Source: Chiloscyllium plagiosum
Lineage: Eukaryota
DNA length: 64,000 nucleotides
Direction: 5' to 3'
Assembly: GCF_004010195.1 (NCBI RefSeq)
Contig: NC_057726.1
Span: forward strand, 4,547,702-4,611,701
Position 1 is the stretch's first letter, and every line of letters starts with the position of its first letter. Below, one piece after another: positions 49,447 to 62,394 of the stretch. The notes under the pieces were generated by a model that had not been told where the DNA came from, did no database searches, and saw nothing but the letters and a program-made list of their open reading frames with translations. The position numbers and the translations under genes were made by a program.

Positions 49447-51890
49447 GAGGGAAATATATCCCTGGTGGTGGGGTCTGTTTGGAGGTAGCGGAAATGTCGG
49501 CGGATGATTTGGTTTATGCATTCCATGCCCCTACTACTCTGAGTAAAGAAACTGCCTTTGACATCTGTCTTAGATCTATCACCCCTCAATTTAAAGCTAT
49601 GTCCCCTTGTGCTAGCTATCATTATCCGAGGATAAAGGCTCTCACTGTCCACCCTATCTAATCCTCTGATTATCTTATACGTCTCAATTAAGTCACCTCT
49701 CAACCTTCTCTTTAATGAAAACAGCCTAAATTCCCTCAGCCTTTCCTCATAAGACCTTCCCTCCATACCAGGCAACATCCTAGTAAATCTCCTCTGCACC
49801 CTTTACAAAGCTTCCACATCCTTCCTATAATGCGGTGACCAGAACTGTACACAATACTCCAAGTGCGGCTGCACCAGAGTTTTGTACAGCTGCAACATGA
49901 CCTCATGGTTCCAAAACTCAATCCCTCTACTAATAAAAGCTAATACACCGTATGCTGCCTTAACAACCCCATCAACCTGGGTGGTAACTTTCTGGGATCT
50001 ATGTACATGTACACTGAGATCTCTCCGCTCATCTACACTACCAGGAATCTTACCATTAGCCCAGTACTCTGCATTCCTGTTGCTCCTTCCAGAAATGAAT
50101 CACTTCACACTTTTCCGCATTAAACTCCATTTGCCACTTCTCAGCCCAGCTCTGCAGCTTATCCAAGTCTCTCTGTAACCTACAAAATCTTTTGGCACTG
50201 TCTACACCTCCACTGGCCACCTTATCATCTGCAAATTTACTAACCCATCCTCTATGCCCTCACCTAGTCATTTATAGAAATGACAAACAGCAGTGGCCCC
50301 AAAACAGATCCTTGTGGTACCCCACTAGTAACTGAACTCCAGGATGAACATTTCCCATCAACCACCACCCTCTGTCTTTTTTCAGCTTGCCAATTACTAA
50401 TCCAGACCGCTAAATCGCCCTCAATCCCAAGCCTCTGTATTTTGTGCAATAGCCTACCGTGGGGAACCTTATCAAATGCTTTACTGAAATCCATATACAC
50501 CACATAACCACTTTACCCTCATCCACCTGTTTGGTCACCTTCTCAAATAACTCAATAAGGTTTGTGAGGCATGACTTACCTTTCACAAAACTGTGCTGAC
50601 TATCCCTAATCAACTTATTCCTCTCTAGATGATTATAAATCCTATTTCCTTATAACCCTTTTCAACACTTTACCCATAGCCGAAGTAAGGCTCACTGGTC
50701 AATAATTACCAGGGTTGTCTCTACTCCCCTTCTTGAACAAGGGAACAACATTTGCTATCCCCCAGCCTTCTGGCACTTTTCCTGTGGACAATGATGACAT
50801 AAAGATCAAAGCAACTTGAGTGCAGTCACATGCTTACTATTGTACTTGGCCACTGTTCCAAATGACCTTCTAATTTGTTTAAATTCACAGAACTGACCTA
50901 AAGCCCTCTACCTCGATTTCAACATCCAAATCCCAAACATAATATTTATAGTATAAACCTTTCATCTCACTGAACACAATATTTTCAGCAGAGAACCAAA
51001 GCATTTGGCATGTCTGTTTATAGTGGCCTCTGTTGAATTTACTCATGCCACTCCCCATATTTTTCCCAATTCCCTGTAATGTTTGTTTTTCCTTTCCAGA
51101 TGATGATCCAGTTACCTTTTTAAAAGTGCAGCATGTCTTGCCACATGCTCTGACATCTCATTTCAGGATCTAGCTCTTGTCTGCATGGAAATGTTTTTGT
51201 TCCTGTTGTCTTTGCTTCTTTTGCCAATCACCTTCAAACTGTGCCCTCTGGTTCCAGATTCTATCACCAGTGGGAACAGAATTTCCATATTTCCAGATAC
51301 CTTTGGATATCTACTTTTGGATACTCTCATCAGATCTCCTACTGCGCTTCAAAGAGAAGAGACTTAAAAAAAAATTTTTTTTTAATTGATTTGTGGGACT
51401 TTGGCATCACTGGCTGACCAGCATTGATAGCCCATCCCAATTTGCCTTTGACCTTCACATCTCTACATCTTCACTCTGTCCACGGGACTGGATTAGTATT
51501 GCCAAAGCAGATGTTATTAAGTCCTAATAGTCCACACTCATTCCCATTCACTCCTCCTATTTTACAGGATCTCAATGATGACATGCGCTGTCCAGTCATG
51601 AATAAATTGCTGCTGTTTGTGGGAGTTTGCTGTATTCAAATTGAATGCTGCATTTCTGACATTGGAACACAACATGCTTCAAAGGTTCTACAGCACTCCC
51701 TGCAGATGTGCGGATAATGTCTGAATTTTGTACTGCCCTGTGTTTTAAGGGTCACTCTTGTTGGGCTGGGATCTGAGCAAGACTCAGCAAAAGCTGGTTT
51801 CAAGACTTGAGTTGCAATGCTTCTGAGATATCATTGACAACCTAAATATCATTCCAGCCCATGGATCTGGGAAAATCACAGAGAAATGTG

Positions 51891-52213
51891 GGGCGGCACG
51901 GTGGCTCAGTGGTTAGCACTGCTGCCTCACAGCGCCAGGGACCCGAGTTTGATTCCAGCCTCGAGTGACTGTCTGTGTGGAGTTTGCAAGTTCTCCCTGT
52001 GGGTTTCCTCTGGGTGTTCTGGTTTCGTGCCACAATCCAAAGATATGCAGGCCAGGTGAATTGGCCATGCTAAATTGCCCATAGTGTCAGGTTCCTAGTT
52101 AGGGGTAAATGTATGGGACTGGGTCTGGGTGGGTTACTCTTTGGAGGGTTGGTGTGGGCTTGTTGAGCTGAAGCGCCTGCTTCCATAGTGTAGAGAATCT
52201 AATCTAATCTAAT
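51891..52213 (+). mobile_element. HE1-type V-SINE
   Basis: GGGCGGCACGGTGGCTCAGTGG head, (AATCT)n tail. Confidence 0.9.
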
Positions 52214-52864
52214 CAAATCAAAATACAGGGACAAAAGATGCAAGCATGTTTTTTAATAATATTTAAATATCTGTAAACTAATCTGCAGTAAGCAAGACTG
52301 TGACTGGGATTTGGAGAGTTAATCCTACTTCCCAAAGTTTATCCCTTATTCAGAGTCTCAAGGGAAAAATCAGATGATCTGATTCTTTTCACACTTGCTG
52401 TTGTGTGGAACTTGTTTTGCCTGTCTTCACTAATGTGATTTCCTATTTTTATAATAGTAACTACACGTCAAAAAATGCTTCATTGTTTGGAAAGTGTTTT
52501 GTATGGTCCGGTGGTCATTGTAAAATGCTGTTTGCTAAGTGTAATTCTTTTCAACTGCACCACCCTCCAAAAGAAAAGCAGATGTGCGGCTAGACCAGGA
52601 CAGGGTTGGTAGAGTTTACACGCGCACTGGGTGTGATAAAATGATTTGCTGCTCCAGATAAGGCCAACTTCCAGATGATGTTCTTGAACACTATGCCTAG
52701 TTAGCCCGTTCTGATACACTTGCATTTTGTGAGCTGAAAGGGAGATCGAGATCAATGGGCACATATTCTTAATTCTTCCAGATTCCTCTTAGATTTAAAC
52801 CTTAAGTAGAGAATGATTTGCAGAAGAAAACAAGAGTTTCATCTACCTTTATATTTCTTTTCAG

Positions 52865-52939
52865 ATTTGTGTTGAAGGGAATATTGCGAGTGGGAAGACG
52901 ACATGCCTGGAGTACTTTGCAAACTCGTGCAACATTGAG
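52865..52939 (+). CDS. TK2: TK2 exon 3, P-loop ([25 protein letters not shown])
   Basis: 75 nt, AG/GT; Walker [11 protein letters not shown] of deoxynucleoside kinases. Confidence 0.97.
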
Positions 52940-53038
52940 GTAAATGGAGGACTCTGCGATAAGTTTTTAAATTCATTCTGGGAATCTGGGCATTGCTGCT
53001 GTTTATTGTTTAAGCCTTATTGCCGTGAGAAGACAGTA

Positions 53039-53596
53039 CTGGTATCCCCCGCTTTTCGAATGTTTGCTTTACGCCAAGTCGCTTCTAAAGAAGGCCTACA
53101 TTAGGACTCGTTTTCGCTAACTGAAAGAGGATTTTCACTTCTACGGAAAAGCACGCGCAGCGAGAATGGCATTGCTGAGTGCCTTCCCCAGAAGTGTTAA
53201 TAGGTAACTCTCTTCCTCTCTCTCCTACACCCCAGTCTCCCGTACCACCCTCCACCCCAACCAGCCTAAGGTACCATCATCACCACCACCATGTCTCAGC
53301 CTTCCAATGTGCTCACTGTCTTCCCAATTCTGGTAAATGAAACTCCACTGTACATACATTATTTCCCCTTTAAATAGGCTGTGTATTTACCATATCATTC
53401 CTGCTTTTACCATATGTTAGTGTTAGTTTAGGTTTGGGTGTTACGTGGTGTGATTTGGTAGGCTATTTTTTGGATCTGGAAATGCTCAAATTTTTTTCCC
53501 ATCTAAATGAATGGCAAATGCTTCTTCACTTTATACCATTTGGCTTATGAAAGGTTTCATAGGAACGCTCTACTTTCCAATAGCAGGGGGCACCTG
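53039..53596. mobile_element. Tigger/pogo-like non-autonomous DNA transposon
   Basis: TA flanks; imperfect TIRs CTGGTATCCCCCGCT / reverse complement CAGGTGCCCCCTGCT. Confidence 0.65.
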
Positions 53597-54535
53597 TATC
53601 AGGAATACTGAGAATCAGTTCAATCCCTGTGATCATTCTGGTAATGGTTTGAGACAGCTGGGGTGGCTTGTCGGCTAATAGCCCTTATGAGAACCTTTCA
53701 GTGGACCAAACCCTGTCCACGTCACTCCCACTCAACCCAATCCCAATCAAACTCCTTCTCACTCACTTCCATTGTCCCAATCCCAATCTGATGTACTCCT
53801 CCTTTTAGTATTGCTGTAAGGAACTTGGGTAAAGAAATTGCTCCTGAATTCCCAGTTGGATCTATTGGTGAATTTCTTGTGGTTACAGCCTTTGGTTTGA
53901 TCATTTCACTGGAACAAAGGATTTGATTTGCTATTCTGAGGAAGGATCATCGGACCTGAAATGTTAACTTTGACTTCTCTTTACAGATGATGCCAGACCT
54001 GCTGAGCTTTTCCAGCAACTTCTGTTTTTGTTTCTGATTTACAGCATCCACAGCTCTTTCAGTTTTTAATTGATTTGCTATACCTGAGTGAGTCTGTAGG
54101 ATCTCTCCAAGGGATAATATCTCCTTTACCAATAGTCCATGTTTCATTTAACCAATCTAACACAAGAGTTCCACTGTTGAAAATAACTGCTTGACAAATG
54201 TACTGAGACTGGTGAGCAGTTTATTTGATTTTTTGTTTCCATGTATGAAGGAATTCAACCAACACCATTCTGACCCCCCCCCCCCCCCCCCCGTTTCCTA
54301 TAGAAACTTTTATCTAAGATTGATCATGTTCAGTTTTGAACTTTCTAGTGAAGCCCCAGTGCCAACATGTTGTTTGTTTTGGAAAGGGTGCTCTGCTGCT
54401 CCTTGAGTGGAGAACTCTTCCTGGCCTCACCTCCTAACCTCAATTGTAAGCTTACAGCTCCTTATTTAGGACTCTTCACCCCAAAGAAAATACCTTCTCT
54501 CTGCAGTAACAATTCTTTCAACTCCTTTCAGTCAT

Positions 54536-54706
54536 TCAAAGTTTGTGCGAAGATTTGTAGCTCGGGTGCTTGTTGTTGTGGTTCTGTNNNNNNNNNNNNN
54601 NNNNNNNNNNNNNNNNNNNNNNNNNNNNNNNNNNNNNNNNNCTTCGCAGGAGGCTCCCAAGCACTGATGATGTCGCCTAACCAGGGGACGAAACGTTTGC
54701 AACAAA
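54536..54706. mobile_element. PLE-terminal element (family E) spanning the N gap 54588-54641
   Basis: 16-bp TSD AACTCCTTTCAGTCAT at 54520-54535 and 54707-54722; carries a hammerhead motif. Confidence 0.8.
54661..54700 (+). ncRNA. Minimal hammerhead motif of a different PLE family, sense in TK2 intron 3
   Basis: GCA-CTGATGA-T-GTCGCC-TAACCA-GGGGAC-GAAA-CG-TT-TGC; stem I GCA/UGC. Confidence 0.7.
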
Positions 54707-54926
54707 AACTCCTTTCAGTCATCTTTAATGACATCCTATAGATGGCCCTTTAATATTGTGTACTCAGTGGATGATAAACATAGTCTGTATAGTTTGTCTT
54801 TCTGTTGTTAATCTGACAACCCAGGTATCTTTCGGGGAAATCTGCAATGCACTCACTCCGAGGCCACTACGTCACAAATACGTTTGTCTTGATAGTGATT
54901 ATGGAAATGTCGTTCTTCTTTGCATT

Positions 54927-55007
54927 CCTATTGGTAAAGGCGATCTTATCCCTCCTATTGGTAAAGGCGATCTTATCCCTCCTATTGGTAAAGGCGATCT
55001 TATCCCT
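54927..55007. repeat. Perfect 27-bp x3 tandem repeat CCTATTGGTAAAGGCGATCTTATCCCT
   Basis: Three exact copies. Confidence 0.95.
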
Positions 55008-55115
55008 TGGAGAGATCGTACAGACATATTCAGGTATAGTCAGACTTCTCATGCCCCATTATTGAGGTCCCACACTGTCTGTTCTTTTTAAAGATGTTTT
55101 TCTGTCTCTTGGCAG

Positions 55116-55169
55116 GCCCTGACAGAGCCTGTGCCAAAGTGGAGGAATATTTGGAACCACAACCTGCTG
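55116..55169 (+). CDS. TK2: TK2 exon 4 (ALTEPVPKWRNIWNHNLL)
   Basis: 54 nt, CAG/GTAAG; EPV-x-KWRN motif. Confidence 0.95.
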
Positions 55170-56111
55170 GTAAGACCAAGGACTTTCACTTCCAAGGTGC
55201 AGGTAGTGGGATCAGTTTGTGAGCTTTTGGAGGGGAAGGGTCCAGACTTTCCGAGGGGGATCGGATTGAGCTCCATGTCAGATTGTAGGTTCTGCATAGG
55301 AAAGATGGAAAGGGTTCCACAGTAATGTAGTTCAGGGAGGTACTGGTGATGTGGAAACTTTGGGATACAACTGAATTGGGGCGGGGGGAATCTTGGGATA
55401 CACTGCAGACAGCTTTGTAGACCAGAGCTCACAAGCTCTTCCACTGAAAGGATCAAGGGCAGCAGGCACATAGGAACTCTGTCACCTCCAAGTTACCCTC
55501 CATCCTGTCTTGGAAATATATTGCTGTTCTATCCATTTGGTTGAAATTGTTTTGTGTTCAAATGAGTATCTGTCTTGCCTCGATCTGGGAGGGAAAGTTG
55601 ATGATATGCCTGGTTAAGAAATGACTTGAAGACTTAGTAATAGACTTTGATCATCACTGTACAGACTTGTCATTCCTTTCTGTGGACATACCGACTGTAG
55701 CGACCCCTGGGCCTACTCCTGCTCTCCAGTGTCAGTGAGTCACTAACCCCATCAATCCTGGGGCGAGCAGCACAATGGGATCAAATTCACCATCCACACT
55801 GTGGCTGCTCAGGAAGAAGACCCATCTCTCCCTAGAGGGCAGCAAGGGCTGAGCAATAAATGCCAACTTTACCGTGATGCCTGCCACCCAATAATGGTCT
55901 GTTTTACTTTGGGAGGGTGGGGTTAATCCACTCACCGTTCTCCTCGTGCTCAGTTTTCCAATCACGAACCCTGAAGCATGTTACAGCAACAACAGAGAGG
56001 TTGAGCTTGTCAAGGACAAGGTAGCTGAGCAGTAATAACTCATCGCCTGAATGTGCCATTGGGAAACTGGACTTCCAAGGTGTATTCATGCCTAAATAAT
56101 TTTGTTGGCAG

Positions 56112-56201
56112 GCATTGATGTATGAAGATCCCTCACGGTGGGCGATTACTCTCCAGACCTATGTCCAGCTCACGATGTTACAACAGCATATTCTGCCTCA
56201 G
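56112..56201 (+). CDS. TK2: TK2 exon 5 ([30 protein letters not shown])
   Basis: 90 nt, AG/GT; [11 protein letters not shown] identical to human TK2. Confidence 0.97.
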
Positions 56202-56269
56202 GTACACACACTGAACAGAAAATAAAGTGTCTTCATTTTAAAGAAGAAAAGTAATTGTCTGCACTGAAA

Positions 56270-57330
56270 ATTAATACGTTTAATCTGTATTGGACCTTGT
56301 TTAGAGCACACTTGGAGTACTCTGCTCAGTTCCTTGATCTGCAGATTACAAAAAGGAGACTGTAAACAAAGGAATTGACTTGCAGGGACAATCTTAGAAT
56401 TGAGAGATTGTAACTATTAGAAGGATTGAAGAGGCTGATGCTCTTTTCCCTAGAATAAAAAGAACTGAGAGTTGATTTAAAGGTGCTCTTTAAGGTTATG
56501 AAGGCGTTTGAAATAGCTGACAGGGAGATATGTTTCACTTGCTAGGGTAAGGTCCAAAATTTGATATAGCCTCTTTTTTTTAAGAAAACCCAGTAGGGAA
56601 TTCAGGAGAATTTTCTTTATCTCGAGAGTGGTGAGAATGTGGAACATGCTCCCACAATTAGCATCAAAACATTTAAGAGACCCTAACTAAACATATGCAT
56701 GAATTACAAAAAGCTAGCATCCAAATTCAACGGATAATAGGGAAGGCAAATGGAATGTTGGCCTTTATTTCAAAGGGAATTGTGCTAAAATTATACAAGG
56801 CACTACTGAGACCACAGCTGGAATACTGTGGACAGTTTTGATGCCTTTTCTAAGGAAGACTATTCAGGCATCAGATGCAGTCCAGAGAGGGTTCACTAGG
56901 ATTATACTGGGTGTGAAAGGACAGTCTTATGAGGAGACTTGAACTCATTGGGGTTTAGAGGTATGAGAGACGACGTTATTTAAACATACAAGGAGACTTG
57001 ACAGTATTGATGTGGAAAGGTTGTTTCCCCTTGTGAGAGAATCCAGGACCTCAAAATAAGGGTCAACCCCACCTTAAGGCAGAGATGAGAAGGAATTTCT
57101 TCCCTCAAAGAGGAGGGAATCTGTGGGGTTCTTTACCACAGAGGGCTGTCGAGGCTGGCTCATTCAGTATACTCGAAGCTGAGATAGACAGATTTTCAAT
57201 CGTTAAGGGAGTCAAGGGTCATGGGGAAAAGGCGGGAAAGTGGAGTTGAGGATGATCAGATCAGCCATAATCACATTGAATGGCGGACCAGACGCATTGG
57301 GCTGAATGGCCTGCTTCTGCCCTGGGATTC
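56270..57330 (+). mobile_element. Two degraded CR1 LINE 3' fragments
   Basis: LEYCGQF, VQRGFTRII, EMRRNFFPQR motifs. Confidence 0.7.
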
Positions 57331-57479
57331 TGAGGTAAAAAGGTGCAGAAAGTTATTTTAATCAATTTAGCTGAAACAGGGAAGATGCTTATGAAAAACG
57401 CTAACGCTGGTGTACAGCTGTGGGGCCCAATTGCCTGTTTCTGATCTGTACATTCTCTGTGATATTTTGTCTTTTGAAG

Positions 57480-57553
57480 ACCGTGCCGATCCGAATGATC
57501 GAGAGGTCAATTTACAGCGCAAAATACGTCTTTGTGGAGAATCATTACCGAAG
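57480..57553 (+). CDS. TK2: TK2 exon 6, ERS motif (TVPIRMIERSIYSAKYVFVENHYR)
   Basis: 74 nt, AG/GTGAG; conserved ERS motif. Confidence 0.96.
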
Positions 57554-58479
57554 GTGAGCATTGCTGGTTGTGGCCAACAAAACAAACTCTTGTTTACACT
57601 CTGATTCACCATTCGACTTGACAGGAATCTGCCTCCTATAATCCAGGGAAGATGACCATGTTTGTTCTTTAATTACCTATAATACCGACTTTCAAGTAGC
57701 TGAAGACTGGGAAAGAGCTAAGAGAGGAGGGTAATACACTTTGGAGACTGGGTGATTGAATATTGATCTTGCTAAAATGTGTAATACAATGTTTTCTCTA
57801 AGATTAGTTATTAACCTTCGTACTCAAACTCAATAAGGTCCATCCCAACTCTTCTTATCTCCATTATCTCCTTCAAAGCTCCCAAACTCTGTATCCCTCC
57901 AATTCTGGTCTCTAAGAGTATTGCTCATTATGCCTGATTGCACTTCAGAGTGCTACGTTGATTGGTAAAGCATTCCGCAATGTGCTGAGGATGTGGAAGG
58001 TGCAATATAAATGGATGTGTTTCTTCTTCATTCCTTTGTTGGTGGCAATGGCTTCAGTTGCTTGGGCAACCTCTAAACCTCTTTGTCTCCCGAAAACCTT
58101 TCTCCACTTGCCTCACCTCCTTCTAAGATGCTTTTTAACACCTACGCTTTGATCAAGCCCCATTCACCTGTTCTCACATGCCTCAATGTCAATAAATCTA
58201 ATCCAGATGAAGTATTCACAATAGCAAAGGATTCAGATCACAGGTGGAAAATTGCAATTTTTGTCAGTTATTTTCAAAAGGAATTAGTTGCCTGAAAAAC
58301 CAAACATTCCAGGACGTTGTGAGGGAGTAGGAGCCTCGCCTAAACTGTTGGCTGAGGAGGAAAACACCAGCACAGATTCAATGGGCTGAGTGGCCTGCTT
58401 CTGACTCTGAAATGATGAAGTAGCTATCTGCTGATTAGCAATCAGCCCTGAAATTAAAGGCGACCACTGCCTCCTTCTT

Positions 58480-58590
58480 GTGGGGCAGTGGTAGAATCCC
58501 TATCCCTGGACTGGGAGGTTTGGGTTCAAGTCCCACCTGCTCCAGAGCTGTGTGACAACATTTCTGAACAGGTTGATTAGAAAAAATAGT
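58480..58590 (+). mobile_element. Short tRNA-derived SINE of a second family (copies at ~16320-16410 and ~17510-17620, minus strand)
   Basis: GGGCAGTGGTAG A-box-like and GGGTTCAAGTCCC B-box motifs. Confidence 0.55.
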
Positions 58591-58764
58591 TTAAATAAAA
58601 ATTTAAGGAAAAAAATGTAGGTGTCAGCTCCCCCCCACCCACCACCTTCAATGGGCTTTGTACCTAAACTAATCAATCGGAAAACATGGTGATTTACTGC
58701 AGATGGGGGGAGAAAGAAAGATTTTCAGTTGTGTGTAGTGCACTTCATATATATTTTTAAAAAA

Positions 58765-59752
58765 TGGTCACAGTTGGGAGGTGTAGTGGACAGTGAAGAA
58801 GGTTACCTCAGAATACAACAGGATCTTGATCAGATGGGCCAATGGGCTGAGAAGTAGAAGATGGAGTTTAATTCAGATAAATGTGAGATGCAGCATTTTG
58901 GGAAAGCAAATCTTAGCAGGACTGCTGCCTGACCTGCTGTGCTTTTTCAGCCTAATCTAGACTATGATCTCCAGCATCTGCAGTCCTCACTTTTCCCTAC
59001 TTAATGGTAAGGTCCTAGGGAGTGTTGCTGAACACAGAGACCTTGGAGTGCAGGTTCATAGCTCCTTGAAAGTGGAGTTGCAGTAGATAGGATAGTGAAG
59101 AAGGCATTTGGTATGCTTTCCTTTATTGGTCAGAGTATTGAGTACAGGAGTTGGGAGGTCATGTTGCGGCTGTACAGGACATTGATTTGACCACTGTTGG
59201 AATATTGCATGCAATTCTGGTTTCCTTCCTATCGAAAAGATGTTGTGAAACTTGAAAGAATTCAGAAAAGATTTACAAGGATGTTGCCAGGGTTGGAGGA
59301 TTTGGGCTATAGGGAGAGGCAGAACAGGCTGGGACTGTTTTCCCTGGAGCATCAGAGGCTGAGGGGTGACCTTATCGAGGTTTATAAAATCATAAGGGGC
59401 ATGGATAGGATAAATAGACAAAGTCTTTTCCTGGGGTGGGGGAGTCCAGAACAGAACTAGAGGGCATAGGTTTAGGGTGAGAGGGGAAAGATATAAAAGA
59501 AACCTAAAGGGGCAACTTTTTCACACAGAGGATGGTTGTGTATGGAATGAACTGCCAGAGGATGTGGTGGAGGCTGGTGCAATTGCAACATTTAAAAGGC
59601 ATTTGGATGGGTATATGAATAGGAAGGGTTTGGAGGGATATGGGCCGGGTGCTGGCAGGTGGGACTAGATTGGGTTGGGATATCTGGTCGGCATGGACGG
59701 GTTGGACTGAAGGGTCTGTTTCCGTGCTGTACATCTCTATGACTCTATGACT
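58765..59752 (+). mobile_element. CR1/HER1 LINE 3' part with a small PLE terminus inserted (58923-58998)
   Basis: LEYCMQFWFPSYRKDVVKLERIQKRFTRMLPG; (CTATGACT)n tail ends ~70 bp before TK2 exon 7. Confidence 0.92.
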
Positions 59753-59821
59753 CTTATAGTGCAGCGTAAGTGTCCATACGTGGTGGAACAGTGAGTAATA
59801 TTTATCTTTTGCCCTATTCAG

Positions 59822-59910
59822 TTCCACTATGCCAGCTGTGGATTATGCCGTGCTCACCGAGTGGTTTAATTGGATCGTGGCGAACATCCATATTCCAGTC
59901 GATTTGATTG
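59822..59910 (+). CDS. TK2: TK2 exon 7 ([30 protein letters not shown])
   Basis: 89 nt, CAG/GTAAG; matches MPEVDYVVLSEWFDWI...VDLIV. Confidence 0.96.
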
Positions 59911-59929
59911 GTAAGAGCTGCTAATTGAC

Positions 59930-61080
59930 ATGGGGGAGGACTTTTAATGCAATGGGAAGCGAGAGGGAGGTCTGGGTCATTCCTACAGACAGAGTGGATG
60001 TGTTCTCCAAAGTGGGAACCGGGTCTGTTTGGTCTCACCAAGTAAAGGAGACTGCATTGTGAGCAGCGAATGCAATAGACTGAGAAGCAAATAGACTGGG
60101 CCAAAGGATGTACAAGTGGAATGGTTTTTCATCAGGGAGATATGTTTGGTGCTTTGGAGAGTGAGGAGGGAAGAGGTGATTGGCCAAGGGTTCACCTTAT
60201 ATGATTACACAGGAAGGTGCAGTAGGGGAATGAGGAAGTGTTATGAGTGATAGAGGAGTGGACCAGGATGTTCTGGAGGGAATGGTTCCTGTGGAATGAT
60301 GATCCAGATGGGAGGGGAGGATGTGTTTGGTGGTGGCATCCTGCTGGAGGTGGGAGAGAACGATCCTTTTAATGTCGAGACTGGTGGGCTGGAGGTGAGG
60401 ACAGCCATTGTGGTTTAGATTAGATTAGATTACATTAAATTACAGTGTGGAAACAGGCCCTTCGGCCCAACAAGTCCACACCCACCCGCCGAAGTGCAAC
60501 CCACCCATACCCCTACATTTACCCCTTACCTAACACTACGGGAAATTTAGCATGGCCAATTCACCTGACCTGCACATCTTTGGACTGTGGGAGGAAACCG
60601 GAGCACCCGGAGGAAACCCACGCAGACACGGGGAGAACGTGCAAACTCCACACAGTCAGTCGCCTGAGGCGGTAATTGAACCCGCTGTGAGGCAACAGTG
60701 CTAACCACTATGCCACCGTGCCGCCCCACTGGAAAGGAAGAGAAAAGGTGAGGGCAGGAGATCGATTGGACATGACTGAGGTCTGTGCCACTCACAATGA
60801 GGGATGGGAGGGGGAGTTCCTTGGTTAAAGAAAAAGAAGGACATGTCAGAGGCAGCCTGGCAGCATACAGCATAGAGGGAGAAACTTGGAAAATAGAATG
60901 GAGTCCTTGCAGGCAGCAGGGTGTGAGGAAGTGTAGTCATGGTAACTGAGAGGTTCGGAGGGTTCATAATGGACATTGTGGACAGCCTAGCCCCAGAATT
61001 GGAAGCAACAAAGTAAAGGAAGGGAGGGAGAGAATTGGAGATGGACCACGTGAACATGAGAGAAGGATGGAAATGAAAGC
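59930..61080 (-). mobile_element. Old PLE relic (GIY-YIG and RT C-terminus) split by an HE1 SINE at 60415-60727
   Basis: VYCIRCSQCSLLY...HFGEHIHSVCRNDPDLPLASH. Confidence 0.7.
60415..60727 (-). mobile_element. Young HE1-type V-SINE
   Basis: Full head-to-tail structure. Confidence 0.92.
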
Positions 61081-61979
61081 AAAGTCAATGCCATTAGGGA
61101 GGATTTCCAGGACTTTGACCCAGTGGCACTGAAGGAACAGCGATATATTTCCAAGTGAGGGTGGTGAGTGACTTGGAGGAGAACTTGTTCCCACGTATCT
61201 GCTGCCCTTGTCCTTCAGGATGGAAGTGGTTGTGGGTTTGGAAGGTGCAGGCTAAGGATCTTGAGTGAATTTCTGCAGTGCATCTTGTAGATGGTACACA
61301 CTGTTACAAAGCATTGGTGGTGGAAGGAGTGGATGTTTGTGGATGTGGTGCCAATCAAGTGGGTTACTTTGTCATGGATGGTGTCAAGCCAGTTGTATTG
61401 TTGGAACTGCACCCATCCAGGCAAGTGGGGAGTATTCCATCACACTCCTGACTTGTGCCTTGTAGATGGTGGACAGGCTCTTGGGAGTCAGGAGATGAGT
61501 TGTTCAATCCCATATTACTAGCCTTTGACCTGCTTTTTTAGCCACCGTATTAATATGGCTAGCCCTGTTCAGTCAAGTGTAATGGATGGTGGCAGACAGG
61601 ATCATGGGATTGAGACCATAATCAGGTAAACAGTGATCTTATTGGATTGTGGAACAAGTTCTTAGAACTAAATGGTTGCTTCCTGTTCCCAAGTCCTACT
61701 TTCTTATTGCTGGAAAAGGGAGATACAGAGGGACAGGATCAAGCACAATTGTGATGCCCTTTGTGGTGGAATTTCTCACTTCCTTTCTAGTGAAGAACAT
61801 TGGGTGTGGATATCAGTTGTCCTCGGTACCATTGCAAGTGTGCACTTGCTGGAGTCTCGACGCAGCTCAGGTGTGCAGTGGGAAGAGACTAGCCGGGGTG
61901 GCGGTGTGGTTGGCAGTTTAAAAGAACAAAAAAGCCACATTTTGCAGGATCCTAACATCTCAACCTCATTCCTCCTCAG

Positions 61980-62059
61980 TGTATCTTCAAACCACTCCAG
62001 AGACCTGTCAGGAGAGACTGAAATCCCGGTGTAGGACTGAAGAGAAAGTGATTCCCTTA
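61980..62059 (+). CDS. TK2: TK2 exon 8, lid region ([27 protein letters not shown])
   Basis: 80 nt, CAG/GTGAGT; R-x-x-x-R-C-R-x-E-E lid motif. Confidence 0.97.
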
Positions 62060-62394
62060 GTGAGTATGAACATGCACAGGGGTTTGGGTCAGGTCGATGT
62101 GAAGGGCATTTGCTTTGGTTCGAGACTTTCTGACAATGGCTCATCCTCACTTATTCATTTATCATCATCATTTGTATCAATTGTCAGCGATCAGACATAG
62201 GGGAGGTGGTGGCAGAATGATATTGTCAGTGGACTATCTGTGATCCAGATGTCACGCTAATGCTTAGGGTTACAGGTAGCCAATAGAATTTAATGTCCAT
62301 GAAACCATTATAAGAATGCATTGGAGAGAGTGCAGAAGTGGGCCAAGCTCAGGCAAGTGGGACTGGTTTAGTTTGGGAACATGGTCGGCGTGGA

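Larger units (their letters stand above)
48690..50812 (-). mobile_element. CR1 LINE (RT to 3' end) with a PLE inserted near its tail (48852-49520, spanning the N gap)
   Basis: [60 protein letters not shown] motifs. Confidence 0.92.

Noticed and set aside
48888-49799. 303-aa and 179-aa ORFs
   Set aside because: Artefacts of translation through the N gap joining CR1 and PLE sequence
51891-51965. tRNA gene
   Set aside because: A/B boxes run straight into the V-SINE body; it is a SINE head, as are the other copies
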